Shown piece after piece: positions 41,219-49,328 of a stretch of DNA of 64,000 nt. Location of the stretch: positions 1 to 64,000 of the forward strand of contig CBDHHL010000031.1 of assembly GCA_965263355.1 (NCBI GenBank), in the 5' to 3' direction. Positions within the stretch are counted from its first letter, which is position 1. Every line of letters begins with the position of its first letter. This DNA is from Leptolyngbyaceae cyanobacterium (GTDB lineage Bacteria > Cyanobacteriota > Cyanobacteriia > Phormidesmidales > Phormidesmidaceae). The position numbers were made by a program, and so were the translations under genes. The notes below the pieces were generated by a model, which did no database searches, was not told the origin of the DNA, and saw only the letters and a program-made list of their open reading frames with translations.

Positions 41219-41974
41219 GTTTCAGTCCCTTAGCAGAAATTAAAGCTTTAGCAGCCGGTGAGCCTTACGTTAAGAGCATAGGGTTCTCGTTTCAGTCCCT
41301 TAGCAGAAATTAAAGCTTTAGCAGCCTTCATCTAAGGCCATGGTTGCGAAGCCCTTAGAAAAGTTTCAGTCCCTTAGCAGGGATTAAAGTTTTAGCAGCA
41401 GTTTGCTCCTCTACTGTTTCAGTCCCTTAGCAGGGATTAAAGCTTTAGTAGCTTCCCTGGAATCCCGCTAGCTCAGTGTGTAGAGAGTGTTTCAGTCCCT
41501 TAGCAGGGATTAAAACTTTAGCAGCGCTCGCACTTCAGCAAGTAAAGCGGGATATGGCCGTTTCAGTCCCTTAGCAGGGATTAAAGCTTTAGCAGCTTTA
41601 CACGCCCGCGTTAAAATTGGTAGGGCATACGAGTTTCAGTCTCTTGTTTCAGCCCCTTAGCAGGGATTAAAGCTTTAGCAGCCAGCGTCGGGATTACGCC
41701 CACTGACAGACAACAGGTTTCAGTCCCTTAGCAGGGATTAAAGCTTTAGCAGCTATTACAGCAGGGCACTGTCAGACCGCATCGGCAACTCAGTTTCAGT
41801 CCCTTAGCAGGGATTAAAGCTTTAGCAGCTTTTTGGACTTCTAACGCCCTTGTTCTAGCCTAGTGTTTCAGTCCCTTAACAGGGATTAAAGCTTTGGCAG
41901 CCCGTGCCTCTGCATACTCCTGCCGCTCGTGAGCAAAGTTTCAGTCCCTTAACAGGGATTAAAGCTTTGGCAGC
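41219..41974 (-). CRISPR. CRISPR array: 11 full 37-nt repeats, one 13-nt truncated repeat, 10 spacers
   Basis: Plus-strand consensus GTTTCAGTCCCTTAGCAGGGATTAAAGCTTTAGCAGC starting at 41219, 41289, 41363, 41416, 41489, 41560, 41646, 41717, 41793, 41865, 41938; spacers 33-39 nt except one of 16 nt; minus strand ends TGAAAC and degenerate repeats sit at the 41219 end. Confidence 0.98.
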
Positions 41975-42045
41975 TGCATGAGCTGCATCCCTTTAGCTGC
42001 AAGGCTTTTATGAGCGATTCTGGCAAAGCTCAGAAAATGGCAATC

Positions 42046-42068
42046 CTGCCAAAGCTTTAATCCCTGTT
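42046..42068 (-). repeat. 23-nt anti-repeat in leader
   Basis: CTGCCAAAGCTTTAATCCCTGTT is an exact inverted copy of part of repeats 10-11. Confidence 0.9.
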
Positions 42069-42104
42069 TTTCAAGGTTCTTCTTTTGGCTTCGCTTAGCT
42101 TTGC

Positions 42105-42297
42105 CAAAAAAAAGATGAGACTGTTCGCCATAGATCCGGCGAATCTATAAGGGCCTCACGGACTCCTTTTGCTCCTATCTTGCCTTTCGGCTGGTGTTTG
42201 CCAGTTTCCCAGCAAAAGATGCCCATAGCCCCCTAAAGAGCCTTAGCGCTGAAGCCATCCAACAACGTTTCCGCTGCCTTGTCGCCCAAACTGCGAT
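42105..42297 (-). ncRNA. Candidate tracrRNA
   Basis: Downstream of TTGACG-N18-TAATAT; several GNRA-capped hairpins; CAGUCUC and UUCAG segments complementary to the repeat 3' end; ends in U8. Confidence 0.6.
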
Positions 42298-42303
42298 GTC
42301 CTT

Positions 42304-42333
42304 ATATTAGCGTGCTATGATTTTGTACGTCAA
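42304..42333 (-). promoter_or_regulatory. sigma70 promoter for tracrRNA/array
   Basis: -35 TTGACG (42333..42328), -10 TAATAT (42309..42304). Confidence 0.6.
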
Positions 42334-42349
42334 GCATTTTTTAATATAA

Positions 42350-42526
42350 ATGGGGAAAGAGAATAGAGAAGGCAGGATTTACGCCCGCATCAAGCAAAGT
42401 CGCAAACAAAAGCTAGAGCAATATTGTAAGCTTTGGAATATATCGATCGCTGACCTATTGGAACGCTTTATTGATATGCTGCCAGAACTCCCGAAAATAG
42501 ACGCACAAAACAATGAAGACAATTAA
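42350..42526 (+). CDS. Ribbon-helix-helix regulator upstream of cas12, not in ORF track
   Basis: MGKENREGRIYARIKQSRKQKLEQYCKLWNISIADLLERFIDMLPELPKIDAQNNEDN (58 aa); overlaps the cas12 start. Confidence 0.7.
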   Translation: MGKENREGRIYARIKQSRKQKLEQYCKLWNISIADLLERFIDMLPELPKIDAQNNEDN

Positions 42527-44288
42527 AGTAAAAGTTCAGCCAACTCCGGAGACACTAATTAAATACGAGAAAATTTGCAAAGAACTTGAATGGCTATGGA
42601 ACTATGTGAGGGCCGTAGCCTTACATAATCATTGCCTTGAATGGTATGAATGGGCCGAGGGGAAAGGCGCTGATGTGCTTGAATGGCCTCTCTGGGCCAA
42701 AGAAAAAGGCGCTGACTTGTCAGGCTGCATTAAAACGCCATTGCGCTTTTCGAAAAGTGGCGGATGGATTGGAGCAGCTTGTCAGATTGCTAAAGGAGGG
42801 CCATATTTTAAGAAATCAGATAAAGCTCCTTTGATTCACTATGGCGATGGCAAAACGAAACAAGGCTATGAATTAGTGGCTGGGGATAAGCCATATGAGC
42901 CAATAAAGCCAAAGCGTCATAGATATCGCGAAGTCTCTTATTCCAGTAAAGGCACCTCAATAACCCGTTCCAGTAAAAGCACCTCAATAACCCGCGAGCT
43001 AAAAGGAAAAGGTTGGGGCCTAGACAATATGGCGTTACTAAATGCGTCACGAAGTTCTCAGGGTCTTGATGAATTAACTTGCCATAGCGATTTTGTTGGA
43101 GGGCTACTAGCTGACTTTGAAGTTGCTTGGAAGGCTTATTTAGACGGGAAACTGCTCGCCAGAAAGCAGCCAAAGTATAAGGACGGCAAGCAACGTAAAA
43201 TTAGCACGTTGAACAATAATCAAAAAACTATCCCGTTCAAAAAAGGACAATTCAACGGTCAAGGCTTAGTTTTAGAGCCGTGCGATCGCAGCTATAAAAA
43301 AAGGCTTGAAGGCTACGTAACAAAAACTTATAAGTTGACATTAAAGCCGAGCGGCTTCTATTTATGCTTAATTGCTCAAAGTGAAGCAGAAGTAGAACAT
43401 AGAGCAAAACTTAATAATCAAGGGAAAGTTTTAAGCGCCATCAAGAAAAAAGTTCTTGATAGCATTAAAGGGAAGAAAGAACAAACTAAGGCATTAGCTA
43501 ACAGTGAAGAATATCAAGCGGCATTAGCCAAGAAAAAGTCAATAGAGAATGAGTTGCCATACTTGCTAATAGAAGACTCAAAATGCGCTAAACGAACCGG
43601 GCATATGGCGGGCATTGACCCTGGGATTAAGGCAATTGTAGCGACTGACGAAGGTCATTTATTTAATCCTAACGAAAGCCGAGAACGCATACAAAATCAT
43701 ATTGAAAAGCTGCAATCAAAGCTTGATATTATGACTGAAAAAAATGATAAGCGGCTAGACCAAATATGGAAGCGTGGGCAGCGTGAAGCCACTAATAACG
43801 AGCAAAAACTTAGAGATAAAATATCCAGGCTGCATGAACGAGCTGCTAATAGTTCAAACGCGTTTAATCATAAGTTATCAACCAGGTTAGCAAGAACTTA
43901 TGATGTCATCGCCTGGGAGGCTACGGCGTTAACTAACATGGGGAGACAGACAACGCCTAAATTAGCTGAAGATGGAAGTTATTACGAGCAAAACGGCAGA
44001 GCAGCTAAGGCAGGATTGAATAGATCTTTGAAAACAGCTTGCATGGGAGATCTTAGAGCTAAGACAAAATCTAAATTAAAAGAAGCCAGGAAAACATATA
44101 CAGAAGCCGAAGCTAGATACTCCTCCCAACGCTGTCATTGTTGTGGGGAGAAAGGCATTAGACCTATTCAAGATACGTTTATTTGTTTGAATAAACAATG
44201 TGATTTATTCAATGAAAAACAAAACGCAGACACTAACGCTGCTAAGAACCACAAGAACAATGGCTTGAAGATGCTTAAAGCTAGTTGA
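42513..44288 (+). CDS. cas12: Compact type V CRISPR effector (TnpB-derived Cas12, V-U/Cas12f-like)
   Basis: 591 aa; RuvC-I GIDPG, RuvC-II IAWE, CHCC...C....C Zn finger, RuvC-III NADTNAA; adjacent array and anti-repeat; no tnpA. Confidence 0.85.
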   Translation: MKTIKVKVQPTPETLIKYEKICKELEWLWNYVRAVALHNHCLEWYEWAEGKGADVLEWPLWAKEKGADLSGCIKTPLRFSKSGGWIGAACQIAKGGPYFKKSDKAPLIHYGDGKTKQGYELVAGDKPYEPIKPKRHRYREVSYSSKGTSITRSSKSTSITRELKGKGWGLDNMALLNASRSSQGLDELTCHSDFVGGLLADFEVAWKAYLDGKLLARKQPKYKDGKQRKISTLNNNQKTIPFKKGQFNGQGLVLEPCDRSYKKRLEGYVTKTYKLTLKPSGFYLCLIAQSEAEVEHRAKLNNQGKVLSAIKKKVLDSIKGKKEQTKALANSEEYQAALAKKKSIENELPYLLIEDSKCAKRTGHMAGIDPGIKAIVATDEGHLFNPNESRERIQNHIEKLQSKLDIMTEKNDKRLDQIWKRGQREATNNEQKLRDKISRLHERAANSSNAFNHKLSTRLARTYDVIAWEATALTNMGRQTTPKLAEDGSYYEQNGRAAKAGLNRSLKTACMGDLRAKTKSKLKEARKTYTEAEARYSSQRCHCCGEKGIRPIQDTFICLNKQCDLFNEKQNADTNAAKNHKNNGLKMLKAS

Positions 44289-44377
44289 GCATCAGTAGAA
44301 ATGCTATGATTGGCAGCAGCTGACAGTATTGGAAGTGCTGACAGCTGCTTAACCACAATTTAGAAAAGGGCTAAACT

Positions 44378-45463
44378 ATGGCTTACGAATATATTACTAC
44401 TGACAGGACCAGCTCGGTTTCTTTGGGCAGTAGGCTAGAAAAACCCGTATCTAACCTAAAAGCTAAGTGCAGCAATATAATTGCCGAACAGATATTACGC
44501 AGCACCTTTTTTAGGCCACATTTCGAAGATGAACTAATAGAGTACGGAGAATCTTTGTGTTACGAGATAGCAACACGGGTGCTTGATGGAGAGCTGTTAA
44601 CACTTAAAGTCACTCTTGACAATGGTGATTGCGGAAATTACGAACTAATCACAAAAACGCCAAAAGAATTTATAAAGGCTCGTAAACGAGATCTAAGTAA
44701 ATGGGAAGACTTGCATGTCCTTTCAAACGATCCTGAAATTGTCCGATTAGCCAAGCGGGAAATAGATAATATCAATTGTTGCTTGAAATTAAATACTAAC
44801 TCTAAGCTTCAGTCAGCATCTAAGCTTCTGCGTACAGGCTTCCTGAAGTTAGAAATAGAAGATTACTTTGTCGAGCAAAGATTAAATGTGTGGGATGAAA
44901 ATATAAATTTTGCTTGCTGCACTTTGATTCCTCTTTATATTCCTGACCTATTAAATCTTGTAGAGGGTCTAACTATTCAAGACCATCTGAGAAATAGCTT
45001 CGAGGGCAATAAAAATGAAGTCTTGACGAGCTACGAAAGCGACACTTCACCGTGTCAGAGGGAAGGAAATTCTTTAGGGGTAAACCCTAGACTGCCAGTA
45101 ACAATCAAGAAAAAGAAAAAGCCCAAAAAACTAGAACGTGATTTAGAGGCAGAACTACTTTACTGGCTCGATCAAAAAGATGTGATGGCAGAACAGCAAG
45201 TGTCTTCACGAGGTAGACGAACCGATATATGGATACCTGGCAAGTGTTTTCTTGAACTTAAACGGCAAAAAGTAACAGGTGAAGATGTTTGTCAAGCAGC
45301 TAAATATTTTGCACTATACTCTCGTCAAATTATTTTAGTTGGAGAGACATTAAGCACAAGGGCCGGTGAAGGCATCGCAGCTATGAACGCGATAGCAGGT
45401 GAAAACGCTTTATCCTTTGTGACTTGGAGCGCCATTTATTCATATCTGGAAGTGTTTCTGTGA
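44378..45463 (+). CDS. Protein with C-terminal PD-(D/E)xK nuclease domain
   Basis: E...L...RTDIWIPGKCFLELK...VCQAAKY. Confidence 0.6.
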   Translation: MAYEYITTDRTSSVSLGSRLEKPVSNLKAKCSNIIAEQILRSTFFRPHFEDELIEYGESLCYEIATRVLDGELLTLKVTLDNGDCGNYELITKTPKEFIKARKRDLSKWEDLHVLSNDPEIVRLAKREIDNINCCLKLNTNSKLQSASKLLRTGFLKLEIEDYFVEQRLNVWDENINFACCTLIPLYIPDLLNLVEGLTIQDHLRNSFEGNKNEVLTSYESDTSPCQREGNSLGVNPRLPVTIKKKKKPKKLERDLEAELLYWLDQKDVMAEQQVSSRGRRTDIWIPGKCFLELKRQKVTGEDVCQAAKYFALYSRQIILVGETLSTRAGEGIAAMNAIAGENALSFVTWSAIYSYLEVFL

Positions 45464-45498
45464 AAACGCACTGTTTATATGCCGTTTGGAATTGAAAA

Positions 45499-45918
45499 AT
45501 GAACTTAATCACTAAATTTGATGCTGCTTATAAAGGCGTAAACCAGCCGATGCCAGACCTCGACGCCTATATTTCAGGCGATGAATCAAAGCAGCAAACA
45601 ACAGACTTTAGCTTATTTGAATTGCCTGAATCTGTAGCACTAGAAATGCTGAATGCAGAAGAGACTTATTGGGGGCATTACGGCTGGTTTGATGCCTGCA
45701 TGGATGCAATTTATCAGTTAGCCAGTGATGGCGAATATGCCAAAGCACAACAACATGCACAATGGCTTTTTGCCCGTAAACCTCAAGGTCTCGAAAAAAT
45801 GCCAGGGTATTCAAAGCTAACTAAATATATCGATGGGATATTCCCTACAGATGAATTCGAAAAACGCAATGCTATGGCACAGATGCTCAAAACACGCATA
45901 TTCGAAGAGGAGGAGTAA
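45499..45918 (+). CDS. Hypothetical protein
   Basis: 139-aa ORF. Confidence 0.55.
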   Translation: MNLITKFDAAYKGVNQPMPDLDAYISGDESKQQTTDFSLFELPESVALEMLNAEETYWGHYGWFDACMDAIYQLASDGEYAKAQQHAQWLFARKPQGLEKMPGYSKLTKYIDGIFPTDEFEKRNAMAQMLKTRIFEEEE

Positions 45919-45923
45919 TTGTC

Positions 45924-46412
45924 ATGAATAAGCCAGATTTAATTGTTTGCATCCCTGACATGGATCGAATCCCTGACGAGCATTACAACGAAGCTCAGGA
46001 CATGACTTGTGTTTTAGTAGATTACAGCGGCAATTCAAAAATTAAAAACGGACGACGCATGGGGACTGAAAAGAAAATAGACCCTGACAGCGTAGATCCT
46101 AGGTTCCCCGGCGCACCTACTCATCAACGTTTGGGACCATGGCTAATTGATGATGAGTATGAAGAATATATTCCTGATATTCCTATGGTCAATGATGACT
46201 ATGTAGAATATATTCCTGCTATCCCTACTCACGCATACAATGCAGTCTATACGTTTAAGTTTAGCTATGCCCCATTGCCAGATAAAGAGAACCCATGGGT
46301 AAAAATCGAGCGGACGCAAGACTTGAGCAATCTTCCAAGGCAAGTTTTGCTTAATATGGGCTTGTCAGAAGAACAAATTGATTCGGGCGTGTTAGAGCAG
46401 TTTAAGCTTTAG
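45924..46412 (+). CDS. Hypothetical protein
   Basis: 162-aa ORF with GAGGAG RBS. Confidence 0.55.
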   Translation: MNKPDLIVCIPDMDRIPDEHYNEAQDMTCVLVDYSGNSKIKNGRRMGTEKKIDPDSVDPRFPGAPTHQRLGPWLIDDEYEEYIPDIPMVNDDYVEYIPAIPTHAYNAVYTFKFSYAPLPDKENPWVKIERTQDLSNLPRQVLLNMGLSEEQIDSGVLEQFKL

Positions 46413-46425
46413 AGCTTAGCGCCAT

Positions 46426-46475
46426 AAAACAAAAAACCTCGCTAATCAAGAAAAGGTTAGCGAGGTTTTTTGTTT
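46426..46475. terminator. Bidirectional intrinsic terminator
   Basis: AAACAAAAAACCTCGCTAA...TTAGCGAGGTTTTTTGTTT between convergent genes. Confidence 0.85.
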
Positions 46476-46735
46476 TATGCTGCCTTAACTTTACGTTCAG
46501 CGCGAATTTCTTTTTTATATCGCTTACAAAATACCCCGTTAAACTTACGAAGAGAGTTAAATGCATTGCCATAAGCGATTTTAGCTTCCTGCCAACCGAC
46601 CATGGCCTTTGTAGATGCAGGTGTTAGCCCATTGGCTTCTCTTGGATATTCGTTAAGTTTTTTGCTAGCTGCTTTTACTTGTTCCTCTAGAACGTTTTTA
46701 GCGGCTTTGTCAATGCAATAGTTGCCAGTCAACAT
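46475..46735 (-). CDS. Hypothetical protein
   Basis: 86 aa with its own repeated promoter. Confidence 0.55.
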   Translation of the reverse strand: MLTGNYCIDKAAKNVLEEQVKAASKKLNEYPREANGLTPASTKAMVGWQEAKIAYGNAFNSLRKFNGVFCKRYKKEIRAERKVKAA

Positions 46736-46803
46736 AATCTTTTTCTCTCTCGCTTGCTACTCTTCTAATATACCCTCACCCTTTGTCACATGTCTATAGG
46801 GTG

Positions 46804-47067
46804 TCATTCATCCGTACGTTTTGCTGCCCTACTTTTCCGCTGTCTAAGCGTTGCTGCTGACGGGTCATCGACTGGGGGCCTGCCGCCTACGGTTTTTCCT
46901 GGGGTATGGCAGCGCTTGCATACGGTGCATTTATACTGTTGTCTGCCTGACTTCAGAAGTTTGTTCTTTTGGGTCTTTCCTTGACAGTGCGGGCACTGTG
47001 GGTTAGGCGTTTTTGGTGTTGGTGACATGGCTGAAAAATAGCCCCATTGCTGGGGCCGTGGCATCAC
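46804..47067 (-). CDS. InsA-like Zn-ribbon DNA-binding protein
   Basis: CPHC...KSGRQQYKCTVC, followed by GGRPP...RQRKSR. Confidence 0.6.
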   Translation of the reverse strand: MMPRPQQWGYFSAMSPTPKTPNPQCPHCQGKTQKNKLLKSGRQQYKCTVCKRCHTPGKTVGGRPPVDDPSAATLRQRKSRAAKRTDE

Positions 47068-47303
47068 TAAGATAAAATTGATTTACGCTGCTTACAAAGC
47101 TTAACTAGCGTTGAAACTTCAGTCGGGATGATTTCCCAAATTTCTTTTTTTTGCAAGATGAATTCATCATCCGAATACTGATCCGCTTCCTCTGAGTAAA
47201 TTGACTCAACAACAGGAGCTTCTAAAAATTCTTTTATTTCTCGCTTCTTTTGAACTATCTTTTCGTTTAATCTCTGAAGTCTAGCAATTTCTTGGTCAGT
47301 CAT
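47067..47303 (-). CDS. Hypothetical protein
   Basis: 78 aa downstream of the repeated promoter. Confidence 0.5.
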   Translation of the reverse strand: MTDQEIARLQRLNEKIVQKKREIKEFLEAPVVESIYSEEADQYSDDEFILQKKEIWEIIPTEVSTLVKLCKQRKSILS

Positions 47304-47678
47304 AATCCTTGTCTCTCAGCTACTCTTCTAATATACCCTCACCCTTTGTCACGATGCAACCCCCTGTCATTCATCCGTACATTGGGCATGACTGCCTGGA
47401 AAAGTTTTTTCAGTAATTTCTTTTGCCAAAAACTGAACGCAGCTGAAATCCTTGAATGATAGCGATCGTTTACGAGGGGACAGCTTCACCAGTGCCAGGA
47501 ACAGACCAAGGCGAGACGATGAAGACTAATACAATAACCCCGTTTATTGCACCTGGGATGAGTACGACGTTACAGCAAGCGGTTTAAGCGTCAAAAACGC
47601 TTTCTAGACTACAAGCAAAATCACGAATGGCTTCGTCGATGTCGCTCGCGGCCACTTCCCGGCTCAGCAATGTAACAT

Positions 47679-47915
47679 TTAAGGTTGGTTCATAAAACTC
47701 AAGTAAAAATCAATCCCTTCTAATTCCACATAATAAATTTGCACTTTTCCTACTTTCTCTTTGCCTGGGATAATTCGTGGATCAATGTTGAGCTCCACCG
47801 CATCTAAAATAGCGTCCTTCAAAACGTCATCAGTAACACCATCTGCCACTGATGCAAAGACCTTGATGTGCCCGTAGATAGGGATTGTCAATAGTGTCAA
47901 TAGTTCTTCTTTCAT
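47679..47915 (-). CDS. Hypothetical protein
   Basis: 78-aa ORF. Confidence 0.45.
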   Translation of the reverse strand: MKEELLTLLTIPIYGHIKVFASVADGVTDDVLKDAILDAVELNIDPRIIPGKEKVGKVQIYYVELEGIDFYLSFMNQP

Positions 47916-48034
47916 TTTTTATCAAAAACTCGGCCTACTAAATTACTTTGACTTGCTGCTGCAACCGCAACTAATCAACTACGCTACAACCCTTGTTATT
48001 CAATACTTCTGTTGAAAGCGTTTTTTGTTCTGGA

Positions 48035-48304
48035 CTACTTTTGGACTAGATCTGAAAGGGCTTTTACAACCTCTCTTAATCTCCACAGTTTAACACCATG
48101 GTATGAACTTTTTTCGTATCTAGAAATCGTAGTGCTAGCTGAAGACTTTGTTAAGCCTAGCTTTAAGCCTAAGTCTTCTTGAGTCAAGCCATGGGTTTCT
48201 ACTTTAAGTAGTTCAGGCAAAGCGTCAAGAACTTTTTCGGCCAGCTCCAGCGTAATCTCTATGTTTACGTCTGGCATCAATTCAATATTTATGTTGACAC
48301 TCAA
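48035..48304 (-). CDS. XRE-family HTH regulator
   Basis: GLTQEDLGLKLGL.....TISRYE. Confidence 0.8.
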   Translation of the reverse strand: MSVNINIELMPDVNIEITLELAEKVLDALPELLKVETHGLTQEDLGLKLGLTKSSASTTISRYEKSSYHGVKLWRLREVVKALSDLVQK

Positions 48305-48351
48305 AAAAAATAGCGTGTAAATTAGGAGATGTCAATAGATGTTAGAAAGCA

Positions 48352-48714
48352 ATGGCGTTTGTAACTACAAGAAAAGCTGCCCATGGTGTCATCATTGCTC
48401 AGAAAATTATCAATGATAGGCACCCTATGGAAGATTTTGATTCTTTGCGAGTTGAAGAAGGCTTCGTGCTTGCGTATTCAAATCATTCACGCCGATTGTT
48501 TAAGGAGATGCGGTTAGCTGCATCGCTAGATGAAAGAACTAAGTTTTTAAGATTAGAAGGTGTTGAGTACAGAGAAGACTGGGCTTTTGGGAAAGGATAT
48601 TATTTGGCAGGTTCATTGAAAACAAAAGGATGGAGGGTAATTAAACGACTGCCTCAATACGCTCAATCTGCATTGCCATTAAATGCTAATTTACCTGATC
48701 GTATTTCTTATTAG
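48352..48714 (+). CDS. Hypothetical protein
   Basis: 120 aa, divergent from the HTH gene. Confidence 0.55.
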   Translation: MAFVTTRKAAHGVIIAQKIINDRHPMEDFDSLRVEEGFVLAYSNHSRRLFKEMRLAASLDERTKFLRLEGVEYREDWAFGKGYYLAGSLKTKGWRVIKRLPQYAQSALPLNANLPDRISY

Positions 48715-48917
48715 ACCTAGATATTTATCTTAAAACATTCAAAACTTTGGTTGAATCCATGCAAATCTTAAACGGTGCTCAAGGACTACTGCCGTCTTTT
48801 GTATGGCAAACAAAATTAGATGTGCTAGACTAGAGCACATTAAATCCCCTAGCCGTCTGGCATGGTCACCACTGACAAAAACGCTCTTAGACTGAGAAGC
48901 TTGAGCGTTTTTGTCGT

Positions 48918-49328
48918 TTAAGGGATAAAATTTACCTCCATTCCGTAAAGTGTCGCCTTAAGACAGCCCGTATCTCCAGCTGACGACGGCAATTGAAATC
49001 CCATATGAGCATAGTCAGTGTCACCACCAGGGGGATCGATACTCACGGGTTCTACTGGGCTGCTGAATGTCGGTGGCGTAGGTTCAGGTGTGGGGACTGT
49101 AGGCTCAGGATCAGGGATGTCTTTTTCCTCTTTCTTTTTTCCACCACCTTGCGCTAAGCCCGCAGCGCCACTTAACCCGGTTGTAGCTACGGCATAGCCC
49201 CCAGTCGTCTCAGCAGCGCCCATTTTGTCAGATACAGCCGATGCAACAATTGTGATCGCGCCTAAGGCTAGAGAGCCCGCAGCAATCATCAAAGCTACAT
49301 AATCATCGCTATCAGTTACGTTCATCAC
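48918..49328 (-). CDS. Membrane protein with Pro-rich tail
   Basis: Two hydrophobic segments followed by a PDPEPTVPTPEPTPP tract. Confidence 0.55.
   Translation of the reverse strand: MMNVTDSDDYVALMIAAGSLALGAITIVASAVSDKMGAAETTGGYAVATTGLSGAAGLAQGGGKKKEEKDIPDPEPTVPTPEPTPPTFSSPVEPVSIDPPGGDTDYAHMGFQLPSSAGDTGCLKATLYGMEVNFIP

Noticed and set aside
41453..41488. Spacer 4 contains CCCGCTAGCTCAGTGTGTAGAG, resembling a tRNA 5' end
   Set aside because: Lacks the invariant D-loop GG, has normal spacer length and reads as plausible coding sequence on the other strand; no support for tRNA homing.
41597..41632. Spacer 6 resembles the RHH gene segment TTTACGCCCGCATCAAG
   Set aside because: Only about 8 contiguous nt match; not significant.
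41683..41716. Spacer 7 shares 16/18 nt with positions 22..39 in the tail gene
   Set aside because: The remaining half of the spacer does not align and the translations diverge; compatible with chance.
42513..44288. Cas12k / CRISPR-associated transposon interpretation
   Set aside because: RuvC catalytic D/E/D residues are present and no tnsB, tnsC or tniQ is in the window.
46804..47067. IS1 insertion sequence
   Set aside because: Only a Zn ribbon is present; no InsB/DDE frame or terminal inverted repeats.
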